A stretch of 64,000 nucleotides of DNA from Macrostomum lignano (lineage: Eukaryota), in contig NIVC01002394.1 of the NCBI GenBank assembly GCA_002269645.1, positions 1-64,000 on the forward strand, written 5' to 3'. The notes beneath the pieces were generated by a model, which saw only the letters and a program-made list of their open reading frames with translations, ran no database searches and was not told the DNA's origin. Positions within the stretch are counted from its first letter, which is position 1. Each line of letters starts with the position of its first letter. Below, one piece after another: positions 1 to 13,100 of the stretch. The translations under genes were made by a program, and so were the position numbers.

Positions 1-1141
1 AGTATTTTGATTGCACTCCCGACGCAGTTGTTCACCCACGGGCAGTGATGATCCATCTTGCGGATGCACCGCCGGCAGACGCTGCAGTGATGCGAGCGGT
101 CGGGCTTAATACTGGAGCACTTGCCGCACTTGTACACAATGCGGTCGGCGCCCTCGGACCCGCAGCCCAGACTGCGGATGTTCTCCTCTGTGGCGTTGCC
201 GAGCGGTACGGCGCCCTTGGGAGGATTTGGCAGACAAATTCAATCCCAAACTGTGATTAGAGTGACAGAAGTTGAGATCTCAAACTGGGATTAGAGTGAC
301 AGCAGTTGAGATCTCAAACTGGGATTAGAGTGACAGCAGTTGAGATCCCAAACTGGGATTAGAGTGACAGCAGTTGAGATCCCAAACTGGGATTATTAGA
401 ATGACAGCAGTTGAGATCTCAAACTGGGATTAGAGTGACAGCAGGAGTTGAGATATCAGTTTGGGATCTGAGTGACAGTAATAACCATAGAAACCAGTCG
501 TTTTAAAATGGAAAAAAACTATGGTTAGAATTAACGTTATGATTTAGACTGACAACCGTGAGCTGAAAAGTGCAAACTGTTCAAGTGCATTAAACAGAAC
601 TCACGGGATCCGAGAACATTGCCTTGCAATGGGACCAGAATGACAGTCCGATCAGCGAGTGAAAAATGGCACCAGCGATCCAGTTGAAGACGGCGGACTC
701 CGAGTTGGCCAGAATGACGGTGCACGCGACATACTCGGCGAACACCAGCAGCAGCCAGGTGAAGATGGCGCAGAAGACGCCGCAGACGTCCATCACCAGC
801 CAGCAGCCGCGCGGCGGGAACTGCCTGACACCGAAGAGGCCGCACAGCCAGTTGCAGCGGAAGACGGCCAGCTTCTTGGGCGGTTTGACGGGGTCCTGGC
901 CGCGCCTGCCGGACACAGTCTTGACTACGATTTTTGCCACCTTTGGCGCCCCGGGGTACTGGCTAATGCCGCCGCTGCCGCTGGCACCCATGCTGACAGC
1001 AGACTGATCCGCTCCATTGTCCTCCAGCGACACTGCCACCATAGAGGAGCGCTCGGTTAGCTGACCACCACCCGGAGGGCCATCAATGCTTGATGCTGCT
1101 GAAAATATCATTTGAGTAGGCTTTGAGGTCTCACTGCTCAT
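1..1141 (-). CDS. ZDHHC3: DHHC palmitoyltransferase, ZDHHC3/7-like (5' part; runs off the window)
   Basis: Exon 1141(ATG; start uncertain)-605 has two TM helices and ends ...CKAMFSDP|GTGAGT. Exon 205-1 reads [17 protein letters not shown]...[40 protein letters not shown], the DHHC-CRD motif. Two apparent 1-nt homopolymer deletions lie at about 5-8 and 18-20. Confidence 0.93.
245..480. repeat. 34-bp minisatellite (~6.5 copies) in the ZDHHC intron
   Basis: Unit GATTAGAGTGACAGCAGTTGAGATCTCAAACTGG, with an internal near-palindrome CAGTTGAGATCTCAAACTG. Confidence 0.9.
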
Positions 1142-2274
1142 ATTACTCAAAGTAATATTATAGGGACTTTTTTGTTATGGCCTTAGCTTGATTGCAAATG
1201 CAGTCACTTTTAGTTGGGGCTCAAATGGAAGCTTAGCTTGAGTCTGCTCATGCAATAAATCCCCTTGAGGGCCAACCCCAAAGCATAGAAAGTATACATG
1301 CCTGAGAATTAGAAATTCAGGGCCACTGTTATACTATATGTGAGTCGTCTATATGTGACTATATATTTATCTATACACTTGTGTGCCTGCTCAGGGAGCT
1401 AGCAGAATGGGCAGTAATACCTCTTGCTAATTGTGTGGCAAAGCTACTTAAAGTGTCCTAGAAGGCATGCAGCCTCCCTGCCTTTAATAAAGAGGGTCTA
1501 ACAAAAGTTATATAGGTATAAACATAAATGAATAAGATATAGCTTAGAAGTTAGATAAAATCAAAGTTTTGGTTTAAGTAGAATTGGGATTTTAATTTCT
1601 ATTAGGATCTTGGGATTTTGAGATTATAGTAATAAAACCAGAATCCCCAGGCCTTAGCCCCCCCTATCTAATTACAAGGATATATAAAGGCTAAATAAGA
1701 TCAATTTTTAGGATTGTAATCTCAGTTTTTCTAGGATTCGATGATTTTAAGATTAGGAATATTCTTATGTCATCCCAGAGTCAAGAAGGTGGCAAAGTAT
1801 GTATTGGAATAAACTTTGGAAGGCAATCTATATATTGCATATTAGCTATATATGCTATCTGGGGACTATTTTTTCTATACTCTAATCCTAATCCTAGGCT
1901 ATAGAAATTAATTTGCAGAAACATAAAAAATATACCAAAATTAAATATCTAAAAGAGGTAAGTTAGATAAAAAAATACTTTGTTTTTGACAAATTCATAT
2001 AGGCCTAATTCTTAGATTAGAATTCATACTGACTAGTCACTACACAACAAATGTATGGTTTCATGCCAAAGATTCAGTGTGTAATAGAGTTGTGTCCCAC
2101 ATGAACCAGTTGTATAGCCAAAAACTTTGGCTTTCCAGTTGTAGTTGCAAAGTTAAAGTGCCAGGTGCGCTCAGCTGCTTTATTTAAAAGTGAAAGTACA
2201 GAACAAAACAAACCAACAAAAGTAATGACATTAGCAGTAGAGTACTGTATTAATTTATCATTCATCTTTGACAG

Positions 2275-5200
2275 TCTCGTTCCGCCTCAGCTACTGTAAA
2301 GTAAACTTCCTTAGATCTTAGGCTCTTCTTCTTCGTAACACAACTAGAGTAGACATGCAAACGTTGCGTTGTTGAAAATATCTAGAAATTTTCAAGTTAA
2401 ATGTGTGCTTAGTGTATTTCAGCAGAAACGTACAGTTAAACGAAATACAATATGAATTAAAAAACTATCAACTACTGATTATTAGAAAGTTACATATACG
2501 AACAACTACATAAAATCAATTGTCACAAAGAATTTGAAAGATAAATTTTATTAGTCTTAGATTGTATACGATAATAAATTTAACACGTGCAAGTCTGAAC
2601 CTAAATTAATATATGCAAACGTTCCGAAATCCAAAGGTCTGCTTACCACCAGACCGATAACAGGAATCAGTGATCAAGTCTAGTTTACTGTCCAGCCAAA
2701 GAAATATTTTAACTCACACTGTTTTAGTGTAACTGTGTAATTAAGCTATAAATATCATGGCATTGGCAGCCTATTCTTCTGTGATAAAACGACCATCCAA
2801 AATTCACACTGCCACAGTAAGTTATGTCTGTTAAAGAGGCTTTATAGGTAAATGATGTAGTCTATCAACAATGCTAGCTTCGATGAAAATTATAAATGCA
2901 ACAAATAGATTTTTTATTTCTCATATGTAGCTACATACTCAGCTATGGAGTATGTATGGCTCAAATAAAATAGCTAAATATGCTTTGTATAGGTATAGCC
3001 TTTGCGTATAGCTAATGCATTATTTTAATCAAATAACAGACTTTAGAATTAGAAAAAGAATGTCAGCTTGAAGAATTAAAATACTTTTTCCATCACAGCA
3101 AAGGTATTGTAGAGCATTTTATCAGTTTAGGCCTTTTTATCATTTAGATAGGCTATATTAAAATAGGATATCAAAAAGCAAACTGGGATACTAAAATTCC
3201 ATACTTTAAAGCATGAAAACTTAAGACTTAAGATAGGCCTATTATATTATATTATTACTTTTAGGTACCAGGCCAATAGGTCTATATAACCATTTTTGCT
3301 AGAAGAAAAATATGCTATTTATAATAATGTTTTAACATCAACTTATTGTTCAAAGCAAAATTTTAGCAATGTTTTATGCCATAGGGCCAGGATTTTTCCT
3401 AAAAACATGACCAATTTTTATTCAAAAGCCAAAAGTTTGTTAGCTAACCCTTTGCCTCTCCTAGATTGTTTTTATGAGCTATTGTAATTAAGTAGCAATT
3501 TATAATAAGTATGACCTATAAATCTATGATACCCTGCTTATTATTATATGAATAAATATAATATTTTTATTTAATAATGCTAGTACTCATGAAATGCTTT
3601 TGCTTTATTTATTATATAAACTTAATTTTATGTATTTTTCCTAAAGCTTTTTATTTCCCATTTCTATAATTATTAATATGATACTCTTATTAAGCTCCTT
3701 ATAATACAAGTAGTGTAAAAGGGCTGTTTCAGTTTTAATGATAATGCTACTTTTATCTAAAAACCTACTTACCTTATTTTTCCTATTCAGTTAGTTTTCC
3801 TACATGGCCTTGGCGACAATGGACATGGATGGTCAGAGATTCTTTGGCCACTGCTGCCACCCTACTGCCGCTTGGTGTGCCCTCATGCGCCAGTGCGACC
3901 CCTCACTGTCTATGGTGGCGAGCAAATTCCCGCCTGGTTTGATGTGCTTGCTAGGAGTCCCAGTTCGGCTGTGCAGGTGAATCTAGAACTTCAAAAAGTT
4001 TATAGTCATCCTTCTCGCCTTTCATAGTGTTGACACAGTCTATGATATATTAGACTTTGGGGGGGGAGGCGTAGCCTAGTGGTCTAGCGCGGCGCTCCGA
4101 TGTGTCAGCGGCTCTCAGGCTCGATTCCAAGTGCAGTCACATTAATTTTTGGGTTGAATTTGGAATCTCGGCTTGGCTCTGCTCGTGCAATTAACGCCCC
4201 GAGAGCCAATCCCCAAGGAACAGTGAGGTGTACATGCCTAACAATAAATAAAGTTATCTCGCCTCGCCTCTCTCCAGTTGTGTGAAAATTTCGCCTAATG
4301 GCTGGTTCACGTTACTGCTAGTAGCTCCGCGGGTCCAAGATTGATCAAATCAATTTCAACATGGGTCTGAACCAACTGCAAATTGATTTGATCAATCTTT
4401 GGACCCACGTAGCTGCTAGCGGTAATGTGAACCCCACCTTGTAATGTGAATGCACACAGCCCTCCTGCCTCTCGAAAAGTATTAGACTTTGGGAGCTTGA
4501 ATTCATCTGAAAATTCTTGCTACAGCCTCAAATGAGTAGCTACTTTATGAAATCTGTTTTCTTTCATGAGATATTAAATATACTCAGCAACCCCTCAATT
4601 TACTTGTTCTATCAAGAGGCACAGAAGTCATTAACCTTTATTTACACGTTACTGAATCCTCAATGGCATTGCTTAACTTCCGTTCCGCATGACGTAAGCG
4701 TAAGTTAAGGCGCTGCTGAGTAAAATTACAGTCTGAATTGCAGAAACTTATTACTTGATTGTTATTTTTGATGATGTAGCAGCATTTGTAGTAGTAGGGA
4801 AGTACCAAAAAGTAGTGATACTTTTAACCGTTGCTCTCGTTCTATAGCTTCCTGTGATTAAACATTTTATGAACTGATAGCGGCAAATCTCTTCTACAGA
4901 CTGCTTTTTGAATTTAAAAAATTGATACTAGAGAACAAAAGTTATACCCACGAAAGAAACAGTACCTGTACCATAGAGTTACACAAATTATAGGCTGAGT
5001 TTCACGAGATCCATGCCGAGTAAGCTTCGATGAATTGTTGATTTCGGCTTGTCCAACCTGTCAGCGATCTCTCTAATGGTCAAGAAGATCCAGAATGGAG
5101 TCCGCCAGTAGATCAGGTCGATGAACGTATGGCCGCCACGTCCGATGCTGATCTGCCAAGTCAGTCGTTCCCTTGCTGAACTGCTCCATCTATCGATAAA

Positions 5201-7969
5201 CTGTCATTTTGCTGACCGCAGAGGATCCGTGCGCAGAGCAAAGTTTTGCGTGAATTTCTGAGGCTCTATGGCCAGCGCCCCAAAGAGTGAAGATGGTATT
5301 GGTTTTGACAATCAATATGAGAAAATGGACAATCAAAATGAAAACAGCCGTAGATCTGTATGCATTCCTGTACAGCCTCACGATGCGATGAGCAGTTGAA
5401 CTTGACAGCTGAAGGATTATTGCTGCGTCCTTGACCGGTGTGCCTCGATGAGCCGACGTCTGTCATCTGGATTCACAGGTGGTGCCATCACCAGCAAACT
5501 GGAGAGATGGCTAAGAAAGATGGCTGGCTAATGCTTAAATGTGCTGCCTCGCTAAACTAACCGCGCGTTGCCATTTTGATTGTCCAATTCTCATTTCGAT
5601 CGTCAAAAGTCTATGGCCTAAGCCGCAGCTGCTGCGAAGCTGAGCTGAGCTGCTGCATGCAGATCTACGGCTGTTTTCATTTTGATTGTCCATTTTCTCA
5701 TATTGATTGTCAAAACCAATACTTTGCTGAGCAACAACTGAGTGCACATCCATGTGTGTTGTCGAGTATGGGCAATGAAATCATGAACGAATCGCAAAAT
5801 GCAAGCTCCTCTGTTTGCAAGTAAATTAATGAATTTAATGCTTTTATTTTTCTGCGCATGATCCCGTCCATAGACAAATTTCAGTCAGTCACAGTGAGCA
5901 TCATTTTGCAGTTGGGCTTTGGTATTGCTTAAACAAGACATTTATCGATGCCTTCTTAATGAATGAGTGCAGAAGTCGACTATTATAAATTTCGATATAG
6001 TTTGTGTAAATCTATGGTACAGGTACTGTTTCTTTCGTGGATATAACTTTTGTTCTCTAGTATCAATTTTTTAAATTCAAAAAGCAGTCTGTAGAAGAGA
6101 TTTGCCGCTATCAGTTCATAAAACTTTAAATCACAGGAAACTATAGAACGAGAGCTACGGTTAAAAGTATCACTACTTTTTGGACACCCCTCGTAGTTCC
6201 ATTTTTAATGCTTTAGAAACCAATAATCCACAAGACCCTTGGTAACTCTCTGGTGGATTTCCCCGCTTTGCGCTTCCACCTGAATGTTGCCATGCCTGCA
6301 AACTCGATCCAGGACCCATCCAGCGTAGCCGAAGCTGTCAGCAGTTTGAACCGGCTGCTAGCAGCCGAAGTCGCCGCATTGCCGTCGACCGGCCGGCTAC
6401 TCCTTGGTGGCTTCTCCCAGGGCGGCGCGCTCGCCCTGTACGCGGGACTCGCTGGAGGTTTGAGCTGCCGCCTGGCTGGCCTTGTTGGCCTGTCCTGCTA
6501 CCTGCCGCTGATGGAGCAGGCGTACGGCAAGACTGAATGTAGGCGCGACTGTTTAATTTTTTGTTAACTTTTAGATAACCTTTCTGACTGGTTCAGTAGG
6601 TGTTCCTACTGTGTTCAATGGGTTCCCAATGAGCTCTTGGCTTACCTTATAACAGTAATAGGGTAAAAGCGGAGTCAGGACGTGGCTTGATTTTCAATCT
6701 GCATTTTCAATATTTTTCACCCTGCAGGAATAACACGAGCTTAAGGGTATTGGCAAAGATCGCCACTTGAACAAACGTCACTCTAAAGGCCAGTTTCGTT
6801 CGTATAGCTTGGGGCTTATTAGCTAGATGTAGAGTTGTAAACCAGGTGAAAGTGAGAGTTGGTCTTTTGATAGTTGATGGGTGTAATACTACTTTACACT
6901 GTTTCATAATAATTTCAAACATCTCCAATTCTCCATCAAATACTTGTGCTCCATACACTTCTTCAAGTCTTATTTCTAAATCTAAACCCAGGTTCGATCT
7001 TCTATCAATTTTAAATGCAACAAAGCCAATTGCGTTGTCCCATATGGCGCAATCATTAAAATATGAATACCTTTGCTACGAGAAGGTCAGGACCGCTGTA
7101 CTAATGCTCCATGTCGGACAGCGGCATTGCAATCGCTAATCCACAGCTACAAACTCTGCAGGCGGTGTTGCATCGGGCAGCGGCCAGTCGCAGCCGCCCG
7201 TGTTCCTCGCCCACGGCGACGCCGATGAAGTTGTGCTGCCAGAGAGAAGCCGGGCAGCTGGCCAGCTGATGCGGGAGAAGCTGGGCGTGACCGATCTGCG
7301 CTATCACGTCTACCCAGGACTGGAGCACTGCAATGGCAATCAGGCGAGTTCTCAACTTCCTGGCGTTGCTTGCTATTTTAACCAATGTGCTGGTAGGTAG
7401 ATGCAGCTTCTGGTAGTAGTCAATCTGCAGCCAACGATGTAGCCGTTAAGATTGTCTCTTGATCCTCTGACCCCCCTGACCCATGAATGGCAGGTTAAAC
7501 TCCGGCAACAAGGTTGCATTTTAGTCTTTTTCATCCTCTTCCTATTTTGTATCTATTGTAGTCTTATGCAAAGCGAGACATTTACCTGTAGCTGGTTCAA
7601 TCGTGTCTGTGCAACTTTAAGAAAATCAGACAGTGTACATACCTGTAGCTACCATGCAGTGTACCGCAACGGTTTAATTAGCTCGTACCTTCTTGAGCGT
7701 CCATCTTCATGCACCGTTTCCATCCCCAATGAACGAATACAGCTACATGTATTTATAATTAGTTGACTCACTGGATTTCACCTGAACCCTTATAGCTAGG
7801 CTTTCATAGATTCAACTCAGACTGAGAATACAGACTATACATTTTCAGTTTGATCACCGTAGATCACTCTACATCTATACACATGTAGAGCCTATATAAA
7901 TATCCATTTCAGGAGATGGCCGACTTAAAAGACTTCATCTGGTCCGTGCTGTCGGAGAAGCAACCTTAA
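2275..7969 (+). CDS. LYPLA1: Acyl-protein thioesterase / lysophospholipase (APT1/2, LYPLA-like)
   Basis: Exons 3791-3976 (LVFLHGLGDNGHGW...CPHAP...PAWFD), 6313-6538 (GGFSQGG), 7162-7343 (HGDADEVV...GLEH) and 7913-7969 (EMADLKDFI...*). The Ser-Asp-His triad is complete. A candidate 21-nt microexon 2275-2295 (SRSASAT) is tentative, and the start codon was not resolved. Confidence 0.92.
4062..4479 (+). mobile_element. tRNA-derived SINE-like insertion with a 14-bp target-site duplication
   Basis: A-box TAGCCTAGTGG at ~4072 and B-box-like GGCTCGATTCC at ~4118-4128. TATTAGACTTTGGG flanks it at 4048-4061 and 4480-4493. Confidence 0.7.
4304..4433. mobile_element. Palindromic MITE-like element (~130 bp)
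   Basis: ~53-bp imperfect inverted arms GGTTCACGTTAC...GATCAAATCAATTT / AAATTGATTTGATC...GTAATGTGAACC. Confidence 0.7.
4805..6193 (-). mobile_element. Decayed Tc1/mariner element in an APT intron
   Basis: ~190-bp inverted repeats (4805-4990 vs ~6000-6193); the right end GGACACCCCTCG is followed by TA. The minus strand encodes an HTH-like remnant EIHAKLCSAHGSSAVSKMTVYR* with stops. Confidence 0.75.
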
Positions 7970-10139
7970 AAATGAAAGACCGGCATGCTGAAAATCGCAT
8001 TTACTGCTGCTGCTGTAACAGTTGTTGCTTGTGTTGAGCTAATTTTGTCATCGATTTAGCCAGAAATTCTGTCACATTCATAATTATAAGGATAACGGCA
8101 AGTTCATCCAACTGATGATGTATAGCGCTAAGCTTAATATTAATCACCGATGTCATATCTGCCTGTCAATTCTGCATATCTATTTCCATAAGCCATAAGA
8201 GGGATCAATTGTCAAGATGGAAGCTCAGATTTTTACAGATTAGTGGATAGATTTATGATCTGAGAAAATTACAAAAAGATTACGCCTTTTCACTATCGAG
8301 GGGAGGGCGCTGCCACACCCCCCCCCCCCCCGATCGCCCCGGAATCATTAGTGCGGGTCTCCGCTCGCGAAGTTAAAATGAGAAAGGAGAAGGAAAATAG
8401 AGAGGAAAGGGATCAAGGAAGGAGGGCACGAGGATGGGGGGGGGGCAGAAGGAAGTGGAAAAGGGAGGGAGATCATCTCAACCATCCAATGAAAATCTCA
8501 CCCCTGATAGCATCCCCAAACAGTAGTTTGTGTGACGGAGAACTGAATTCATACATGTACCTGTATCATAGGGCTAGAATGAGCTCTCAGACACACCTCA
8601 AACCTCATCTCAACATCAAACAAGCTTGAGTTTCTGTGACTGAGAGTTTTGGCGGACAATACTTTTAACATTGAATAAAGTAAAACAAGTGACAAAGTCT
8701 CAAAACTCAAAACGGCTCTCTGACCAAACCACCGTAATAAACGAAGTCTAAGTAAAAAAATAATAGCTACGATGTGAGAAATTTATTGATAGTGGTGTCT
8801 CTGGCAGATTGACGTCGCAATTGAACTCACAATGTCGAAAACTCTAGCAAGGGCCGAACACTATACTGCATAGTTCTTGTTATATTAAATTTTCGACGTG
8901 GAATTTCGAGCTTATGAAGTTTCAACCTTGTGAGAGTGGCTGCTATTGGCTCTCTGCAGTGCAGTCTGACAAAACTTAATTATGGTCATGCAATTGTAGA
9001 TGTCCAGTTATGAAAATATTGGTTTGCTTGACAAAAAGACAAGCAACTTTGAATCAAGATTGACACATTTTCGATTCCGGCTATAAATGTTAATTAACTT
9101 TAGTACGTATAGAGTAACATCACATGAAATCCAATCATGTGATATGATTATGAAACACGTATATTAATTGCAAGCGTTTTAAAGACGACGGCTATATATA
9201 CAATTTTCATAAAGAAATTTCGAACAACTAATTGTTGAAAAGCAATTATTCAAAGCGAATTGAATGAGAAAAACAAGTACATGAAAATCAATATTAAAAA
9301 TGTAGCCAACTATAGCTAATGATGGGGGGGCAAGTGGATTTTGCCGAAGAACAAGCCATGCAGCTCCTCATCGGCCTCATCTGGGTCTTGACCCTTCTCC
9401 GGGATAAAGACCCACTCCAGCAGCTTGAATAGCGCACCTAGGTGAAGAGAACTAGCTATATGGTAATTTGCAGTGTTGTGAGTTGAAGTCAAACTTTTAC
9501 TCAAAGCGGGTTCTTATAGCTTTTTTGAGTTGCAAGTAGAGAGTTAGCCAGCAACTATATAGCTATGCCTATTTTTTACAACCGAGAACTCTGTCTAAAG
9601 AGTTCTGATAGATCGAGTTACTACTCAGACTAATGGTCGCGGAAATTGCTTATTTCTTAAAACCTATATGCAAATGGCTTTGCAAGTCGGCAACACAAAC
9701 TCATAAATGCACCAATTATAGCTATGTACTGGTAGAACTTCATATCCGCAAATACGCTTTGGTTTCCATTCGGACATTTATCCGACTGTAAAAGTCCTGG
9801 GACAACTATATAGCAATGTATACGAGCGTACTGAATATATGGGATCGATCCTCCAATTGACACATTAAAACTAATGGGATTTTTATGGAATTCACAATTT
9901 TGTTTCAAATAGTATAAGCTAAAAACTTAATGTTAGCCACCACCAATCTTTTGCACCTTGGTCCTACGAGTACAAGATGATTGCCAGTTTTGTCTATTTA
10001 ATAATTACTAACTATTCTATATGCTTTATAGTTATAGTCTTGTTTTATCGCGCAGCCATTTGACTGAAAAGTGTACAGCTTGTATAATTACTCTCATATC
10101 CCGGAGATTTGTACACGCAAGTGCATGGATCGGATGAAG

Positions 10140-13100
10140 CTATGAACAAGATCCGTCACTCGGCGTCCCCGACACCGGGGGAATCCGATGCAGCCAGAGC
10201 ATGGCCAGCGGCCCTCCTCGCATGAGCCGGCCGTCCGGCACGGGCCCGGCCAGTTTCTGCGGCCGAATCCGGCGCAACGGCTCTCGGCCGATCGTACCAG
10301 CGTCCCAGACGGTCAGCGGCAAGCGCAGGCCCTCTGACCAGCTGCAGTTGGCTAGGCACAGGTCCAGCAGGGAGGCGCCAACGAATGCGCCTGGTTGGGA
10401 AGGCGCCAAACGGGACAGCAGCGTCACGAGATGGTGGCTGGTGTTCACAGTGAGGATGGCCGACCTGCTGTGCTGGTCCAGCGGTGTCCAGGGTGGCACG
10501 TCTCTGTGACATGTGAATAGGTTGTAGAATTAAGCAAAATACTCCTATAAAATGTTTCTGCATGTAGTTACATGTAATTCATTACATCCACTGTACATGT
10601 ACATGCACATTCATCCACTGTACTTGAAGCGTATTACCTATAGCTAGAAAATGATTTTCATTTGTTGGCCCTAAGTCGCGGGGGGGGGGGCAAGGGGGTC
10701 CTGTCCGCGCCCCCTTCCCTATTCAATAGGCTGACAAGAATTATGGCGCCCTCGCGGAAAATTGTATCCAATTTTAGCAGCGTTCCCTAAAAAACTTCCA
10801 AAGCTTTAGAGCGATTTTGAATTGACTCTAACGGATTTCTCGGTCATCCAATTTAGTACAATGAAGGAACTGAATTGTCGAGGCTTTTAGTTATTGAAAG
10901 TGGCCTTTTTTACTGTACTTAATTATTGTCTTTAGATTCCAATTAAATTTACTCAATCAACAGTACAGTTGCAATTGCGACAGGCCGCGGTGCCCCCCTA
11001 CGTGACTCGCTCGTTGCATACTATCTTTCTTGAAGGCGGCGAGCTCTGGTACATAAATGTACACTGTAGATGTACATGTAATCAGTAACCTTTACGCTTG
11101 CATGTAATTGTGCCAAGTCCCATTCCGCCCCTGCAATTAGAGTTCCATTGAATCAAAACTCCAAAGCGGTCAAAAAATACGTGTCATATACATCCACCAT
11201 TATTCTTATGTCCTATGTCCAAGGTTTTGTCTTATGTCCCAGCAGCCATCAGCACATTATTAGTGTTATTTAGTAATTAGCCACTACCTGACCACTGTAG
11301 CAGAATCTGCATGGTTTTAAAGCCGCTAGGAATTTTGCTTTCCCTATATACTTTTTCCCTCGTCATATTTCCTCCATTTTGCTGGGGAGGGGGCTGCATG
11401 GTTTGCACGCTAATCCCCCTTCTAATAGTCAAGTCGAAGGCCGAAAACCTTTAAATTAGCCATACGAGTGTAGCCTCGCTCTTGTAGTTAAGAATTGCTT
11501 GATGGGATTGCAATAATTTGTCGACGTCACTGCAGACTGGGAGCTCTCCACAATTGCCTAATTTTACAGTCCCGTCAGCCTGCGTTACATGTTAAGTCCT
11601 CCGTAGGGGGTCCATGGCGCCAGAGCCATATAAGTTCGCTAATTGTCTCTGGCGGCTCTGCCGGCCACTGGCTGCACTGACCTGAAATTTGTACTTGCGA
11701 CTTTTCACTGCTGAAGCCGGTTCGCATTACCGCCTGTAGCTCTGTTTGTTAAACATTGCTCAAATCAAGCTAAAAATGGGCTTGAACCAAGGGCTGCGTG
11801 GATTCGGGGCCGCCGTCATTAAATTTGATTGGACACCATTTCATTGACTAAAGCGCCATTTCATTGACTAAAGCGCCATTTCATTGACTAAAGCGCCATT
11901 TCATTGACTAAAGCGCCATTTCATTTGACTAAAGCGCCATTTCATTGACTAAAGCGCCATTTCATTTGACTAAAGCGCCATTTCATTTGATTAAATTGCC
12001 ATTTCATTTGATTAAATTGCCATTTCATTGACTAAAGCGCCATTTCATTGACTAAAGCGCCATTTCATTTGATTAAATTGCCATTTCATTTGATTAAAGC
12101 GCCATTTCATTTGACTAAAGCGCCATTTCTTTTGACTAAAGCGCCATTTCATTTGATTAAATTGCCATTTCATTTGATTAAATTGCCATTTCATTGACTA
12201 AAGCGCCATTTCATTGACTAAAGCGCCATTTCATTTGATTAAATTGCCATTTCATTTGATTAAATTGCCATTTCATTTGATTAAATTGCCATTTCATTGA
12301 CTAAAGCGCCATTTCATTGACTAAAGCGCCATTTCATTTGATTAAATTGCCATTTCATTTGATTAAATTGCCATTTCATTTGATTAAATTGCCATTTCAT
12401 TGACTAAAGCGCCATTTCATTGACTAAAGCGCCATTTCATTTGATTAAATTGCCATTTCATTTGATTAAAGCGCCATTTCATTTGACTAAAGCGCCATTT
12501 CTTTTGACTAAAGCGCCATTTCATTTGATTAAATTGCCATTTCATTTGATTAAATTGCCATTTCATTTGATTAAATTGCCATTTCATTTGACTAAAGCGC
12601 CATTTCATTGACTAAAGCGCCATTTCATTTGACTAAAGCGCCATTTCATTTGATTAAATTGCCATTTCATTTGATTAAATTGCCATTTCATTGACTAAAG
12701 CGCCATTTCATTGACTAAAGCGCCATTTCATTTGATTAAATTGCCATTTCATTTGATTAAAGCGCCATTTCATTTGACTAAAGCGCCATTTCTTTTGACT
12801 AAAGCGCCATTTCATTTGATTAAATTGCCATTTCATTTGATTAAATTGCCATTTCATTGACTAAAGCGCCATTTCATTGACTAAAGCGCCATTTCATTTG
12901 ATTAAATTGCCATTTCATTTGATTAAATTGCCATTTCATTTGATTAAATTGCCATTTCATTGACTAAAGCGCCATTTCATTGACTAAAGCGCCATTTCAT
13001 TTGATTAAATTGCCATTTCATTTGATTAAATTGCCATTTCATTTGATTAAATTGCCATTTCATTGACTAAAGCGCCATTTCATTGACTAAAGCGCCATTT

